From Bdellovibrio sp. (GTDB lineage: Bacteria; Bdellovibrionota; Bdellovibrionia; Bdellovibrionales; Bdellovibrionaceae): a DNA stretch of 64,000 nucleotides. Numbering within the stretch: the stretch's first letter is position 1; every line of letters begins with the position of its first letter. Below the pieces are notes generated by a model. It searched no databases. It worked only from the letters and a program-made list of their open reading frames with translations, and was not told where the DNA came from. The position numbers were made by a program, and so were the translations under genes. Below are positions 20,211 to 30,900 of this stretch, in pieces. The DNA lies in NCBI GenBank assembly GCA_036676395.1, contig JAKFCY010000002.1, forward strand, positions 160,001-224,000. Direction: 5' to 3'.

Positions 20211-22865
20211 ATGTTTCAAAAGATAGCAGCAAAATTGTTCGGCACTCACCACGATCGCGAGATGAAAAAGATCCAACCTACGGTGGATAAAATCAATTCT
20301 TACGAAGATGCGATGAAAAAATTGTCGGATGACGAATTAAAAAATAAAACTAACGAATTCAAAGCACGCTTAGAAAAAGGCGAAACAGTTTTTGATATTT
20401 TACCAGAAGCTTTCGCCGTTTGTCGTGAAGCTTCAATTCGTGTTTTAGGCATGCGCCACTACGATGTGCAAATGATCGGTGGAGTCGTTTTAAATCGCGG
20501 CGGTATCGCCGAGATGAGAACCGGTGAAGGTAAAACACTCGTGGCAACACTTCCGGTTTATTTAAATGCTCTTTCTGGTAAAGGTGTTCACGTTGTATCA
20601 GTAAATGATTACTTAGTTCAACGTGACTGCGAAGAGATGGGAAGATTATATAACTGGTTAGGTCTGACAACTGGTGTAATCGTTCATGGTCTTAACGATG
20701 AACAACGCCGCAAAAATTATTTAGCTGATATCACATATTGCACAAACAATGAAATCGGTTTCGATTATCTTCGTGATAATATGAAATTTGATTTAAATGA
20801 TTACGTGCAACGTAAGCCACACTTTGCCATCGTGGATGAGTGCGATTCGATCTTAATCGATGAGGCGCGTACACCGCTTATCATATCAGGCCCTGCAGAA
20901 GCATCGACTGATAAGTACTACACGATTGATAAAATTATCCCGTTCTTGAAAAAAGATTTACACTTCACGATCGAAGAAAAATCAAAATCTGCTTCATTAA
21001 CTGAAGAGGGTAATCAAGAAGTTGAAAAATTATTAAAATTAGATAACTTATACGATCCGCAAAATATTGAAATTCTTCACCATGTAAACCAAGCTTTACG
21101 AGCACATAACTTATACCGTTTAGATGTTGAGTACATGATTAAAGACGGCGAAATCGTGATCGTCGATGAATTTACAGGACGTTTAATGCCGGGCCGTCGT
21201 TGGTCTGATGGTTTACATCAGGCGATCGAAGCCAAAGAAAAAGTTGAAGTTAAAAATGAAAATCAAACTTTAGCGACAATCACTTTTCAAAATTACTTTC
21301 GTATGTACGATAAACTTTCTGGTATGACAGGTACGGCAGATACAGAAGCTGTCGAGTTCAGAAAAATCTACAACTTAAGTGTAAATGTTATTCCGACGAA
21401 CAAACCAATTCGCCGTGAAGACAAAGAAGATATCGTTTTCAAAACTGAAAATGCTAAATACAAAGCGATCGTAAACGATATTCGTGAACGTCACGCTAAA
21501 GGCCAGCCGGTATTAGTGGGTACGGCATCGATTGAAAAATCAGAGGCGATTTCAAGATTCTTAAAAAACGAAGGTATCCGTCATGACGTTTTAAATGCGA
21601 AACATCACGAACGCGAAGCCGAAATTATCGCCCTTGCAGGCCGTAAAGGTTCAATCACTATCGCTACAAATATGGCCGGTCGTGGAACTGATATCCGCTT
21701 AGGTGGTAATCCTGAAGTTCTGGCTAAAAAAGCAGTCGACGATGAATCAACTCCAGAATACACAGAAGCTTTAAAAAAATATAAAGCACAAGTTGAAGCT
21801 GAAAAACAAGAAGTGTTAGCAGCTGGTGGTTTATACATTGTAGGTACTGAGCGCCATGAATCACGTCGTATTGATAATCAATTACGTGGTCGTGCCGGTC
21901 GTCAAGGTGACCCCGGCGAATCAATGTTTTACTTATCGTTAGAAGATAATTTAATGCGTATCTTTAATGGTGAGCGTATTCAAAAAATCATGACGATGTT
22001 AAATATTCCGGAAGATGAACCAATTGTTCATAAGATGGTAACGAACGCTATCGAAGGGGCACAAAGAAAAGTCGAAGGTCACAACTTTGATATTCGTAAG
22101 CATTTACTTGATTACGATGATGTGATGAACCAACAAAGAAATGCGATCTACAAATTACGTCGTAAAATCCTTGAAGGTACAGATTTAGAACGCACAATCT
22201 TAGATTACTTGGGTGATGTTGTTTCTAATATCTTAGATAGTTTTATTGCTTCAGATGCAAAACCAAGTGATTGGAATTTAGAGGGTTTAAACAACGCTTT
22301 AATGCAACAATTTGGATTCCGCGTAGCAACCGAGGGTAGAAAAGCCGCTGAAATTGAGACTGAAATCACAGATAATGTTAAAAAAATCTATGATATGCAG
22401 AAAAAATCGATGGGTCCTTTTTACGAGCAAATAGCTAAGATGATTTTATTAAATGCGATTGATCAAAAATGGAAAGAGCATTTATACACGATCGATAAAG
22501 TTAAAGAAGGTATTAACCTTCGTGCTTACGGCCAAAAAGATCCGTTAATTGAATACAAAAAAGAAGCCTTCCAAGCTTTTGAAAATTTAAATCATGTGAT
22601 TAAAGCTGAATCTGTTGAAAAAATTATGCGCGTGCAATTAATGGGTGAAGGTTTGCAAGAAGCCATTGAAAGAATGCGCCCTGAAGAGGCGGATATGGAT
22701 GAATTAAATTTTTCGGCTCCGGATGAAAATGCTGCATTTTCTGCTCCGTCTGCATCTGGTCTGGACACTGTTCCAGAAGCTTCCACAAAACGTAAAATTG
22801 TAACTGGTCCGCCACGTGGTGATGATCGACCAACGAATCGTGCGGATCGCCGGAAGAAAAAATAA
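20211..22865 (+). CDS. secA: Preprotein translocase ATPase SecA
   Basis: [58 protein letters not shown]; start taken at ATG 20211 (MFQKIA). Confidence 0.98.
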   Translation: MFQKIAAKLFGTHHDREMKKIQPTVDKINSYEDAMKKLSDDELKNKTNEFKARLEKGETVFDILPEAFAVCREASIRVLGMRHYDVQMIGGVVLNRGGIAEMRTGEGKTLVATLPVYLNALSGKGVHVVSVNDYLVQRDCEEMGRLYNWLGLTTGVIVHGLNDEQRRKNYLADITYCTNNEIGFDYLRDNMKFDLNDYVQRKPHFAIVDECDSILIDEARTPLIISGPAEASTDKYYTIDKIIPFLKKDLHFTIEEKSKSASLTEEGNQEVEKLLKLDNLYDPQNIEILHHVNQALRAHNLYRLDVEYMIKDGEIVIVDEFTGRLMPGRRWSDGLHQAIEAKEKVEVKNENQTLATITFQNYFRMYDKLSGMTGTADTEAVEFRKIYNLSVNVIPTNKPIRREDKEDIVFKTENAKYKAIVNDIRERHAKGQPVLVGTASIEKSEAISRFLKNEGIRHDVLNAKHHEREAEIIALAGRKGSITIATNMAGRGTDIRLGGNPEVLAKKAVDDESTPEYTEALKKYKAQVEAEKQEVLAAGGLYIVGTERHESRRIDNQLRGRAGRQGDPGESMFYLSLEDNLMRIFNGERIQKIMTMLNIPEDEPIVHKMVTNAIEGAQRKVEGHNFDIRKHLLDYDDVMNQQRNAIYKLRRKILEGTDLERTILDYLGDVVSNILDSFIASDAKPSDWNLEGLNNALMQQFGFRVATEGRKAAEIETEITDNVKKIYDMQKKSMGPFYEQIAKMILLNAIDQKWKEHLYTIDKVKEGINLRAYGQKDPLIEYKKEAFQAFENLNHVIKAESVEKIMRVQLMGEGLQEAIERMRPEEADMDELNFSAPDENAAFSAPSASGLDTVPEASTKRKIVTGPPRGDDRPTNRADRRKKK

Positions 22866-23656
22866 TGCAATGTCCGAGCTGTCAAAAAGAAGTCAGCGTT
22901 CAAGATAAAGATGTGGGGGCGCTGTTTACTTGCCCTCAGTGTCGAAGCGTTTACTTTATTAATTTTGATGGCACCCCTGAATACGGCGATGTTGATCAGC
23001 CTTCGGCTGAAGAGTTAGAGAAACTACAAAACCAATCGATACCTGAGAAAAAAAAGAAAAAGAAAAAAAGTAAATCAGATGAAACTGAGGCCGAAGAGTT
23101 AGAGGCGCAGGCTGCAGGTTTTGAAATGGAAGTTCCGGCAATGGAGATGGCACCAGTCGATACGCCTGCATTTGAAATACAATCAGAACCCGCTCCATTT
23201 GAAATACAATCAGAACCCGCTCCATTTACTTTAGAAGAGCAATCTGCTGACACATTTCAAATAGAGCCTGAGTCAGAGCCGATACCGTTTGAAGCGTTGC
23301 CAACAGAGATACCTTCAATCGAAAATATATCTTACGAAGCCCCGCAAGCCACGGGCGCACAAGATTTTTCATCGATTGCCTCTGAAATTGAGACTTTTGG
23401 TAATCAACACACTGCTGTTGCAGGCATTAGTTACGATCTTGAAATCACGGGTCTTGATACGAAACAATCGCAAGAGCTTTTGCGTGAAGCTATTGATGAT
23501 GCCCGGTTTGGCTGGCACCCTGAAGATATCGTTCGTGAAATCAGAACGGGCACTTGTCATTTAAAAAATTTAACTCCGGTGCAGGCTTTTGTAATCGCGC
23601 GCCGAATTCAATTTATTGATGTGCAAATGAAATGGAAACAACATGTATTGGCTTAA
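22865..23656 (+). CDS. N-terminal zinc-ribbon protein with acidic low-complexity linker
   Basis: CPSC...CPQC, poly-Lys, E/P-rich linker and a conserved-looking C-terminal domain; coupled to secA by TAATG. Confidence 0.7.
   Translation: MQCPSCQKEVSVQDKDVGALFTCPQCRSVYFINFDGTPEYGDVDQPSAEELEKLQNQSIPEKKKKKKKSKSDETEAEELEAQAAGFEMEVPAMEMAPVDTPAFEIQSEPAPFEIQSEPAPFTLEEQSADTFQIEPESEPIPFEALPTEIPSIENISYEAPQATGAQDFSSIASEIETFGNQHTAVAGISYDLEITGLDTKQSQELLREAIDDARFGWHPEDIVREIRTGTCHLKNLTPVQAFVIARRIQFIDVQMKWKQHVLA
23171..23224 (+). repeat. Perfect 27-bp coding tandem duplication (FEIQSEPAP x2)
   Basis: TTTGAAATACAATCAGAACCCGCTCCA occurs twice head to tail. Confidence 0.95.
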
Positions 23657-24245
23657 GCGTCTAACCCTAGTTGTAACAACTGTATGTCTAACTGAAGCCT
23701 TTGCCAGTGATAAACCGGCAGAGGGGGATAAAGCAAAAATAGCTGCGAAAGACATGGCTTATTCGGGAACACAAAGCGAAGAATGGTCGAAAATTCAAAA
23801 AGACGTTCAAACTGCAAAAATTAAATTTGAAAACGATAAAAAAGCTCTCGAAGATTTAAAACACTCAGCCGAGATGCAAGAAAACCTGTCAAAAGACTCT
23901 TTAGCGAAAATTAATGAAGCTAAGAAGACGATGAAAGCTTCGCAAGCTAATTACTTACGTTTTTTAAATCAGTATAATTTGCGTTTTCCAGAAAAAGGCC
24001 TAGATGTTGGGCGAAAATATGAGCGCACAGATTCTGAGCGTGATGGCATCGAGACTGTGGATGAAAAGCCACAAGGTGTTGAAGCAAAGATCAGAAGATT
24101 AAACCGTAACATAAAACATCAGTACTTAAATGCTGAAGACCCTAAAAAAAAGCCAAAGAAAAAACAAAGTTCTGATGAAACCAGCGAAACTTTGCCGCAA
24201 ACTCCGGCCGCAGATGTGACCGACGAAATCACGATCGAAAAATAG
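23643..24245 (+). CDS. Hypothetical secreted coiled-coil protein
   Basis: Signal peptide ending AFA; helical, charged sequence. Confidence 0.6.
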   Translation: MYWLKRLTLVVTTVCLTEAFASDKPAEGDKAKIAAKDMAYSGTQSEEWSKIQKDVQTAKIKFENDKKALEDLKHSAEMQENLSKDSLAKINEAKKTMKASQANYLRFLNQYNLRFPEKGLDVGRKYERTDSERDGIETVDEKPQGVEAKIRRLNRNIKHQYLNAEDPKKKPKKKQSSDETSETLPQTPAADVTDEITIEK

Positions 24246-24402
24246 CTCATAAAATTCAAAACTGTTTTGCCTAATTGCTGCGCAACCAACTTTCATTTCG
24301 TTTTCAATCTTTAAATTGATCGAACTATCTAATTACTATATAAGTATTTAATATCCCTAAAAAAGATAAGACCTTCAGATCGTGAAAAGGAGTGGCCTTT
24401 CT

Positions 24403-24915
24403 ATGTCATCACAAAAAGATTATCACAACAGCGGTGGACTTATTGCCTTACTTGGCTCAGTCGTTTTTGTTTTCGTTTTTTTCTATTATATCGTTTACAT
24501 CAACAAAGGTGTTGATCTTGCAGAAAATGTAACTGAGCCAGCAAAGCCAGGCGAAGTACAATTTGATTTAGCATCTGTAAAAGAACCATGGGTGCCAAAC
24601 GAACAAGTTCTTGCTGTCGGAGCAAAACTCTTCAAGCAAAACTGTGCTGTTTGTCACGGAGCTAAAGGTGATTTAGTCGGCGGTATTCCAAACTCTCGTA
24701 ATCTAGTAGAAGGCGCATGGAAAGCTGGTGGCGGCATGATCGGTCACTATAAAGTTTTACAAAATGGTTTGCCTGGAACTCAGATGGTTTCGTTCAAAGC
24801 GACTCTTAAACCAAATGAACGTTGGGCTGTAGTTCAGTTTATTGAATCAATCACAAACAATAAATCAAAAGATAAACCAGAAGACGTAGCCACTTTCGCA
24901 GCGACTGCTGATTAA
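24403..24915 (+). CDS. Membrane-anchored c-type cytochrome
   Basis: TM helix, CAVCH haem motif, GLPGTQM axial Met; AAGGAG RBS upstream of ATG 24403. Confidence 0.88.
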   Translation: MSSQKDYHNSGGLIALLGSVVFVFVFFYYIVYINKGVDLAENVTEPAKPGEVQFDLASVKEPWVPNEQVLAVGAKLFKQNCAVCHGAKGDLVGGIPNSRNLVEGAWKAGGGMIGHYKVLQNGLPGTQMVSFKATLKPNERWAVVQFIESITNNKSKDKPEDVATFAATAD

Positions 24916-24923
24916 TTAATTTA

Positions 24924-25772
24924 ATGAAAAAACTTTTCGTGCTTTTCTTATTAATAGGTTTAAATTCTTGGGCGGACAACATGCCGATTCCAGGAACTTT
25001 GCCTACATATACAGGAACACAAAAAGAATCGAATTCGGCAAATGTTCCTGAAGAGCTTAAGGGTGTTGGTATCAAAGAACATTTGGGCGAATCTATTGAT
25101 TTAAATTTACAAGTACGCAATGAAGCTGGCCAATTAGTGACGTTGGGTTCATTTTTTAAATCACATAAACCGGTGATGTTAAGCCCGGTGTATTTTAATT
25201 GTCCGGGACTTTGCAATTTTCACTTTAACGGCGTTATAGAAACACTTCAAAATATTGACTGGAGCCCGGGCGATAAATTTGAAGTGATTGCCTTTAGTTT
25301 TGATTCTAAAGAGGGTGCTGAGCTTGCGCAGGCTAAAAAAGCCAACTACATGAAAATGTATAACCGCGCAGGCACCGAAGGCGGCTTTCATTTCTTATCA
25401 GCTGACGAAGCCACGATTAAAAAATTAACGGCTTCTTTAGGTTTTGAATATCGCTGGAATGCGCAAGCTAATGAATGGTCACATGCATCTGCTGCTATCG
25501 TAATTACTCCAGAGGGAAAAATCTCTAGATATTTACATGGTATTGCGTTCGAACCGAAAGATATGAAGCTGGCGTTGAACGAAGCTTCAAATGGTAAAAT
25601 CGGTAACTTGATAGATTCAGTTGTTTTATTTTGTTTCAAGTATGATGAACATAAATCCAAGTATGGCCTTGAGGTCTTTCGAGTTGTACAACTCGGAGGC
25701 GCTTTGATGGTTCTGATCTTGGCCTTTTGGTTAACGCCTACGTTAATCAAAGCGGGAAGGGAGAAAGTGTAG
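24924..25772 (+). CDS. SCO family copper chaperone
   Basis: CPGLC and a distal His (WSHAS); located in the cox operon. Confidence 0.9.
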   Translation: MKKLFVLFLLIGLNSWADNMPIPGTLPTYTGTQKESNSANVPEELKGVGIKEHLGESIDLNLQVRNEAGQLVTLGSFFKSHKPVMLSPVYFNCPGLCNFHFNGVIETLQNIDWSPGDKFEVIAFSFDSKEGAELAQAKKANYMKMYNRAGTEGGFHFLSADEATIKKLTASLGFEYRWNAQANEWSHASAAIVITPEGKISRYLHGIAFEPKDMKLALNEASNGKIGNLIDSVVLFCFKYDEHKSKYGLEVFRVVQLGGALMVLILAFWLTPTLIKAGREKV

Positions 25773-25774
25773 CC

Positions 25775-26746
25775 ATGATGTGGTTATTTAGTCTAATAAA
25801 CAGGGCAAATGCCCAGACATTTATGCCGACCGAGGGTTCGGATATCGCAACGAGAGTTGATAACTTGTATGCATTTTTAATTGCTACTAGCTTTATCTCT
25901 TGCGCGATTTTAATCGGTGGCATGGTTTACTTTGCGGTTAAATATAAACGCAAAAGTGATAACGATAAAGTAGCGTACATTACTCATGACACTCGTTTAG
26001 AAATTATATGGTCAGTGATTCCATTGATTATTTTCTTAGTGGTGTTTGCATGGGGATGGATCATTTACCACGACATGCGCAAGATGCCAGAAAACGCTTT
26101 AGAAATTCATGTGACTGGCCGCCAATGGGCTTGGATGACTGAATATAAAAATGGTGTGAAATCGCCGAATATCGTTGTGCCAGTAGGCCGCGACATCAAA
26201 ATCGTGTTGTCTGCCGAAGATGTACTTCACTCGCTATACATTCCTAGTTTTCGTGTAAAACAAGATGCGGTGCCAGGTCGTTACACGGCTTTATGGTTTA
26301 AAGCCGATAAAATGGGTGAATTCCATGTATTTTGTACTGAGTTCTGCGGAACTGCGCATTCAGGCATGATCACTAAATTAAGAGTAGTATCTCAAGAAGA
26401 ATTTGATAAATGGCTCATTGAAGAATCTGAAGTTTCGTTACTTCCAATGGCTCAACGTGGTGCTAAGGTTTTCCAAACGCGCGCTTGTGCTTCTTGTCAT
26501 AATGTAGATAACGCAGCAGTAAAAATTGGTCCTTCTCTTCATCAGGCTTTTGGCGCTGACAGAGATTTAGAAGATGGCGAAAAAGTAGCGGTAGATGATA
26601 ACTATCTTCGCGAATCTATTCTTAACTCGAATGCTAAAATCGTAAAAGGTTTTGGTCCGCGTTCAGCAATGCCGGCCTTTCAAGGTCAGCTATCTGAAGC
26701 CGAAGTGACAGCCTTAATCGAGTATATCAAAACTTTAAGTAAGTAA
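25775..26746 (+). CDS. coxB: Cytochrome c oxidase subunit II with fused cytochrome c (caa3 type)
   Basis: DVLHS and CTEFCGTAHSGM CuA ligands; C-terminal CASCH...MP. Confidence 0.95.
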   Translation: MMWLFSLINRANAQTFMPTEGSDIATRVDNLYAFLIATSFISCAILIGGMVYFAVKYKRKSDNDKVAYITHDTRLEIIWSVIPLIIFLVVFAWGWIIYHDMRKMPENALEIHVTGRQWAWMTEYKNGVKSPNIVVPVGRDIKIVLSAEDVLHSLYIPSFRVKQDAVPGRYTALWFKADKMGEFHVFCTEFCGTAHSGMITKLRVVSQEEFDKWLIEESEVSLLPMAQRGAKVFQTRACASCHNVDNAAVKIGPSLHQAFGADRDLEDGEKVAVDDNYLRESILNSNAKIVKGFGPRSAMPAFQGQLSEAEVTALIEYIKTLSK

Positions 26747-26758
26747 TTAGGAGAGCAA

Positions 26759-28375
26759 ATGGGAAACGCAGCTCACGGCAGTAATTATATAAATGCAGAA
26801 AAAGGTCTGATGTCATGGCTTACATCATTAGATCATAAACGAATTGGTATTCTTTATTTTGTAACAATTTTATTTTTCTTTTTAGTGGGTGGTACATTCG
26901 CATTATTATTAAGACTTGAATTGTTTGCGCCGAATGTGAATGCCGCAGGCCAAGCAGTTGCTGGAGCAATTTTCAAAACTGGTGACACGTACAATCAGGC
27001 ATTAACTTATCATGGTGCCATCATGGTTTTCATGGTGATCGTTCCAGGGATTCCGGCGATCTTTGGTAACTTCTTTTTACCGTTACAAATCGGCGCAAAA
27101 GACGTGGCCTTTCCAAAATTGAACTTAGCCAGTTGGTACATGTTGATGATCGGCGCGACAATGGCCATTGCAACAATGTTTTTAAATAAAGTTGATACAG
27201 GTTGGACATTCTATACACCTTATTCAATTCGTACGAGCGGTTCAGTATCATTAATGATAGCAGCGGTTTTCATCATGGGGATGTCATCTGTTTTTACCGG
27301 CTTAAATATGATTGCGACAATTCACAAATTGCGCGCTCCTGGAATGACTTTTCATAGAATGCCATTATTTTGCTGGGCGATTTACTCAACTTCAATTCTT
27401 CAAGTCTTGGCGACTCCGATTTTAGCGATTACATTATTATTATTAATTATGGAACGCGCTTTCGGTGTAGGTATCTTTGATCCGAAACTTGGCGGTGACC
27501 CGGTATTGTTCCAGCATTTCTTCTGGTTTTATTCGCATCCTGCGGTTTACATCATGATCTTACCGGCCATGGGAGTCATTTCTGAGTTGTTAACGACTTA
27601 CTCTAAAAAAACGATCTTCGGTTACACAGCGATTGCCTACTCTTCATTAGGTATCGCAGGCGTTTCGTTCTTCGTTTGGGGACATCACATGTATGTTTCT
27701 GGGCAATCTGAATTAGCCGGCGTGATCTTTTCATTCTTAACAATGTTAGTAGGGGTTCCGACAGCGATTAAGATGTTCAACTGGATTGCGACTCTTTATA
27801 AAGGTTCAATCGAATTCACAGCATCGATGTTATACGCGATGGGATTCATGTTCTTATTCGTAATCGGTGGCGTGACTGGGATTATGTTAGCGGTTTTACC
27901 AATCGACGTTCATTTTCATGACACTTATTTCGTAGTAGCGCATTTCCATTACGTTATGGTGGGTGGAACATTAATGGCGTTAATGGGCGCGATCTATCAC
28001 TGGTTTCCAAAAATGTTCGGTAAGATGTACAGCGAAGCATTAGCTCGCGCTTCTTTCGTGTTTGTATTCATCGGTTTCAACGTAACGTTCTTTCCTCAAT
28101 TTATTTTAGGTGGAATGGGTATGCCTCGTCGTTACTTCGATTACATCCCGGCTTACGAGCAATTAAATAAAATTTCTACTGTAGGTTCTTGGTTAATCGG
28201 CATCGGATTCTTAATCGGTCTGGTTTCAATTATTCAAGCCTTACGTTCTGGCGCAAAAGCTCCTGCAAATCCTTGGGGATCTAAAACGTTAGAGTGGCAC
28301 ACTGAATCTCCACCAATCACACATAACTTTTCACATGAACCGCACGTTACAGAGGGGCCATATGAGTACAAGTAA
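26759..28375 (+). CDS. ctaD: Cytochrome c oxidase subunit I
   Basis: DHKRIG, YSHPAVY (A2-type YS motif), WGHH, HDTYFVVAHFH, GMPRR. Confidence 0.97.
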   Translation: MGNAAHGSNYINAEKGLMSWLTSLDHKRIGILYFVTILFFFLVGGTFALLLRLELFAPNVNAAGQAVAGAIFKTGDTYNQALTYHGAIMVFMVIVPGIPAIFGNFFLPLQIGAKDVAFPKLNLASWYMLMIGATMAIATMFLNKVDTGWTFYTPYSIRTSGSVSLMIAAVFIMGMSSVFTGLNMIATIHKLRAPGMTFHRMPLFCWAIYSTSILQVLATPILAITLLLLIMERAFGVGIFDPKLGGDPVLFQHFFWFYSHPAVYIMILPAMGVISELLTTYSKKTIFGYTAIAYSSLGIAGVSFFVWGHHMYVSGQSELAGVIFSFLTMLVGVPTAIKMFNWIATLYKGSIEFTASMLYAMGFMFLFVIGGVTGIMLAVLPIDVHFHDTYFVVAHFHYVMVGGTLMALMGAIYHWFPKMFGKMYSEALARASFVFVFIGFNVTFFPQFILGGMGMPRRYFDYIPAYEQLNKISTVGSWLIGIGFLIGLVSIIQALRSGAKAPANPWGSKTLEWHTESPPITHNFSHEPHVTEGPYEYK

Positions 28376-29048
28376 GATGATTAATGGTGTTCCTGTTCAG
28401 GAGCACTTTAAAAACGCTCACCATCAGTTCGATACAGCCAAAATGGGAATCTGGTTATTCATGGCCACTGAGATTCTAATGTTCGGTGGTCTTTTTGTTG
28501 GATACGCTATTTTTCACATGATGTACCCTGAGATGTTCGCTGAAGGCGCACGTTTCTTAGATTGGAAATTAGGTTTCGTAAATACGTTAGTACTTATCTT
28601 TTCATCGTTAACGATGGCTTTAGGTATTCACTTCATTCAAATGAATCAAATCAAAAAAGCTGTTTGGGCTTTAGCGATCACGATTGTTTGTGGTGCGATT
28701 TTCATGGTTATTAAGTACTTTGAATACACGCATAAATTTCACATGGGAATTTTTCCAGGAAACTTATTAGACATCGCTAAGTTAAACGAGCATTTAACGG
28801 CGCAAGGATTAGACACTGTTAAGTCGACTAATCTTGGTATGTACTTTGGTTTTTACTTTTGTATGTCAGGTCTTCACGGGATCCACGTAATAATAGGTAT
28901 GGGATTAATCACTTGGTGTTTAATTCGTGCAGTTCGTGGTGACTTTAACCCGAATTATTATACGGCTGTAGAAGGTGTTGGTATCTTCTGGCATATCGTC
29001 GATTTAGTTTGGATCTTTTTATTTCCACTACTTTACTTGGTTGGATAG
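28362..29048 (+). CDS. ctaE: Cytochrome c oxidase subunit III
   Basis: WLFMATEILMFGGLF, GLHGIHV, FWHIVDLVWIFLFPLLY. Confidence 0.93.
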   Translation: MSTSKMINGVPVQEHFKNAHHQFDTAKMGIWLFMATEILMFGGLFVGYAIFHMMYPEMFAEGARFLDWKLGFVNTLVLIFSSLTMALGIHFIQMNQIKKAVWALAITIVCGAIFMVIKYFEYTHKFHMGIFPGNLLDIAKLNEHLTAQGLDTVKSTNLGMYFGFYFCMSGLHGIHVIIGMGLITWCLIRAVRGDFNPNYYTAVEGVGIFWHIVDLVWIFLFPLLYLVG

Positions 29049-29057
29049 GAGAGCAAC

Positions 29058-29396
29058 ATGGGACACAGTCACGGACACAAAGAAATTTTACCAGATGAAC
29101 ATCACATAACTCCGTTTTCAGTTTACATGAAAGTGGCGTTAGCCTTATTTGCTTTAACGTTTTTAACAATTGCAGCCCATTCAGTACGTCAGTATTTAGG
29201 ACCTGTAGCTCCGTTAGTTGCTTTCGCAATTGCCGGTGTAAAAGCGTTTCTGGTTATGGCTTGGTTCATGCATTTGAAATACGAAAGCATGGAAAATAGA
29301 ATCGTATTTGCTTTAGGTTTTATTTTCTTAGTCGTGTTATTCGGAATTTCGATCACTGATATTTTATCTCGTCAGTTAATCAGCGGAGTTCTTTAA
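29058..29396 (+). CDS. ctaF: Cytochrome c oxidase subunit IV
   Basis: 3 TM; KAFLVMAWFMHLKY. Confidence 0.88.
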   Translation: MGHSHGHKEILPDEHHITPFSVYMKVALALFALTFLTIAAHSVRQYLGPVAPLVAFAIAGVKAFLVMAWFMHLKYESMENRIVFALGFIFLVVLFGISITDILSRQLISGVL

Positions 29397-29403
29397 AACC
29401 CCT

Positions 29404-30282
29404 GTGTTTAAGATATATTCCCAGCTTACAAAATTTGGAATAGTCATATTCGTACTTTTAGCCGGTTTAGCAGGATATGCGACCGGCTATTTTGTTGAAA
29501 CTCCTTTTTCTTGGCCACATCTTTTAACATTCGTTGGCGGATTATATTTTTTAAGTTCAGGATCATTAGCCCTTAACCAAGTGCAAGAAATCGAACTTGA
29601 TCGCTCAATGCCAAGAACCCAATCGCGTCCACTAGTTACGGGTGCATTAAAACCTGCAGCCGCTTTAATTATAGCAATCACTCTGATAATCCTTGGCATC
29701 GCCATGCTATTTTCATTAACAGCGATGGCTGGTTGGGTAGGGATTGTGTCAGTTGTGTTATACAACGGTTTATACACTTACATCTGGAAGCCAAAATGGG
29801 TGTTTGGCGCGGTTCCTGGAGCCGTTCCTGGGGCTTTACCGATCACGATTGGTTATGCCGCCTGTAATCCAGATATTTTTACTTTAGATTCGCTTTATTT
29901 ATTTTTAATTATGTTCTTATGGCAAATGCCACACTTCTGGTTATTGGCGATAAAATATAAAAAAGATTACAAGATGGGTGGAATTCCGACTTTACCTGTA
30001 GCCTTAGGTGATCAAAAAACTTTATTTCATATTGGGCTTTATACTTTTTGTTATGTCGGAGTCGCAATTGCTTCGCCGTTTTTCTTACAAACCAGCTGGT
30101 TATATATTTTATTAATTTTTCCGTTCGCTTTTTTCTTAATGAAAGAATTCTTTCGTCTTTACCGCTCTAATGGCCAAGAACGCTGGTTTGCTTTCTTTAT
30201 GTGGGTCAACTTTTCAATGCTGGTCTTTGTTTTTGTGCCGGTAATTGATAAGTGGAGCTTTCTTTTCTTACACCGCGTCTAA
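29404..30282 (+). CDS. ctaB: Protoheme IX farnesyltransferase
   Basis: LNQ..E.ELD..M.RT..RPL, LWQMPHF, DY..GGIP. Confidence 0.93.
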   Translation: MFKIYSQLTKFGIVIFVLLAGLAGYATGYFVETPFSWPHLLTFVGGLYFLSSGSLALNQVQEIELDRSMPRTQSRPLVTGALKPAAALIIAITLIILGIAMLFSLTAMAGWVGIVSVVLYNGLYTYIWKPKWVFGAVPGAVPGALPITIGYAACNPDIFTLDSLYLFLIMFLWQMPHFWLLAIKYKKDYKMGGIPTLPVALGDQKTLFHIGLYTFCYVGVAIASPFFLQTSWLYILLIFPFAFFLMKEFFRLYRSNGQERWFAFFMWVNFSMLVFVFVPVIDKWSFLFLHRV

Positions 30283-30342
30283 TTCCTGGCTTGTGCTAAA
30301 TTAGTCCTCGTAGCTAATCTCTTGGTAACAAGGGGATTTGCC

Positions 30343-30900
30343 ATGAAAGCATTCTTATTAACGGTATTAATTTCTGTTTCAGTATTTGCAGATACGATCA
30401 CTTTTAAACCAGCTGACGGAAAAACCGAATTTTTAGCCGTCGGAAAACCCGCCATGATCAAAATTAACGGCGAAGGCCAGGGCGTTGAAGGCACCCTAAC
30501 AGTCTTGAAAACAGCAGTCAGTGGCACCCTAACTATGGATTTAAATACTTTAACTACCAAAATTGATCTGCGCGATGATCATATGAAAAATAAATATTTA
30601 GAAGTTTCTAAGTACCCAAAAGCTACATTGGAATTTTCAAATCTTGAATTACCTGTTGAGGTGACAAAATTAACAGATACAGAAATAGCACTTCCCTTTA
30701 AGGGAAAATTTACTTTTCATGGTAAAACCAGCGAAGTCATAGGCACTGCGAAAGTTAGCAAAAAGACGAATGATTTATTAGGTAGCGCTGAATTCACATT
30801 TAAAATCACCGACCATTTAGATACTTTACCAGGCTGGTTAGGTGTGAAAGTTGCAGAAACTGTAACTGTAAAAACGCAAATCAAAGGATTAATTAAATGA
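30343..30900 (+). CDS. YceI family protein
   Basis: Signal peptide; RDDHM...LEVSKYPKA and G.FTFHGKT motifs. Confidence 0.85.
   Translation: MKAFLLTVLISVSVFADTITFKPADGKTEFLAVGKPAMIKINGEGQGVEGTLTVLKTAVSGTLTMDLNTLTTKIDLRDDHMKNKYLEVSKYPKATLEFSNLELPVEVTKLTDTEIALPFKGKFTFHGKTSEVIGTAKVSKKTNDLLGSAEFTFKITDHLDTLPGWLGVKVAETVTVKTQIKGLIK

Noticed and set aside
23171..23224. 27-bp direct repeat as a CRISPR array
   Set aside because: Only two adjacent copies, no spacer, in frame within a CDS, and no cas genes.
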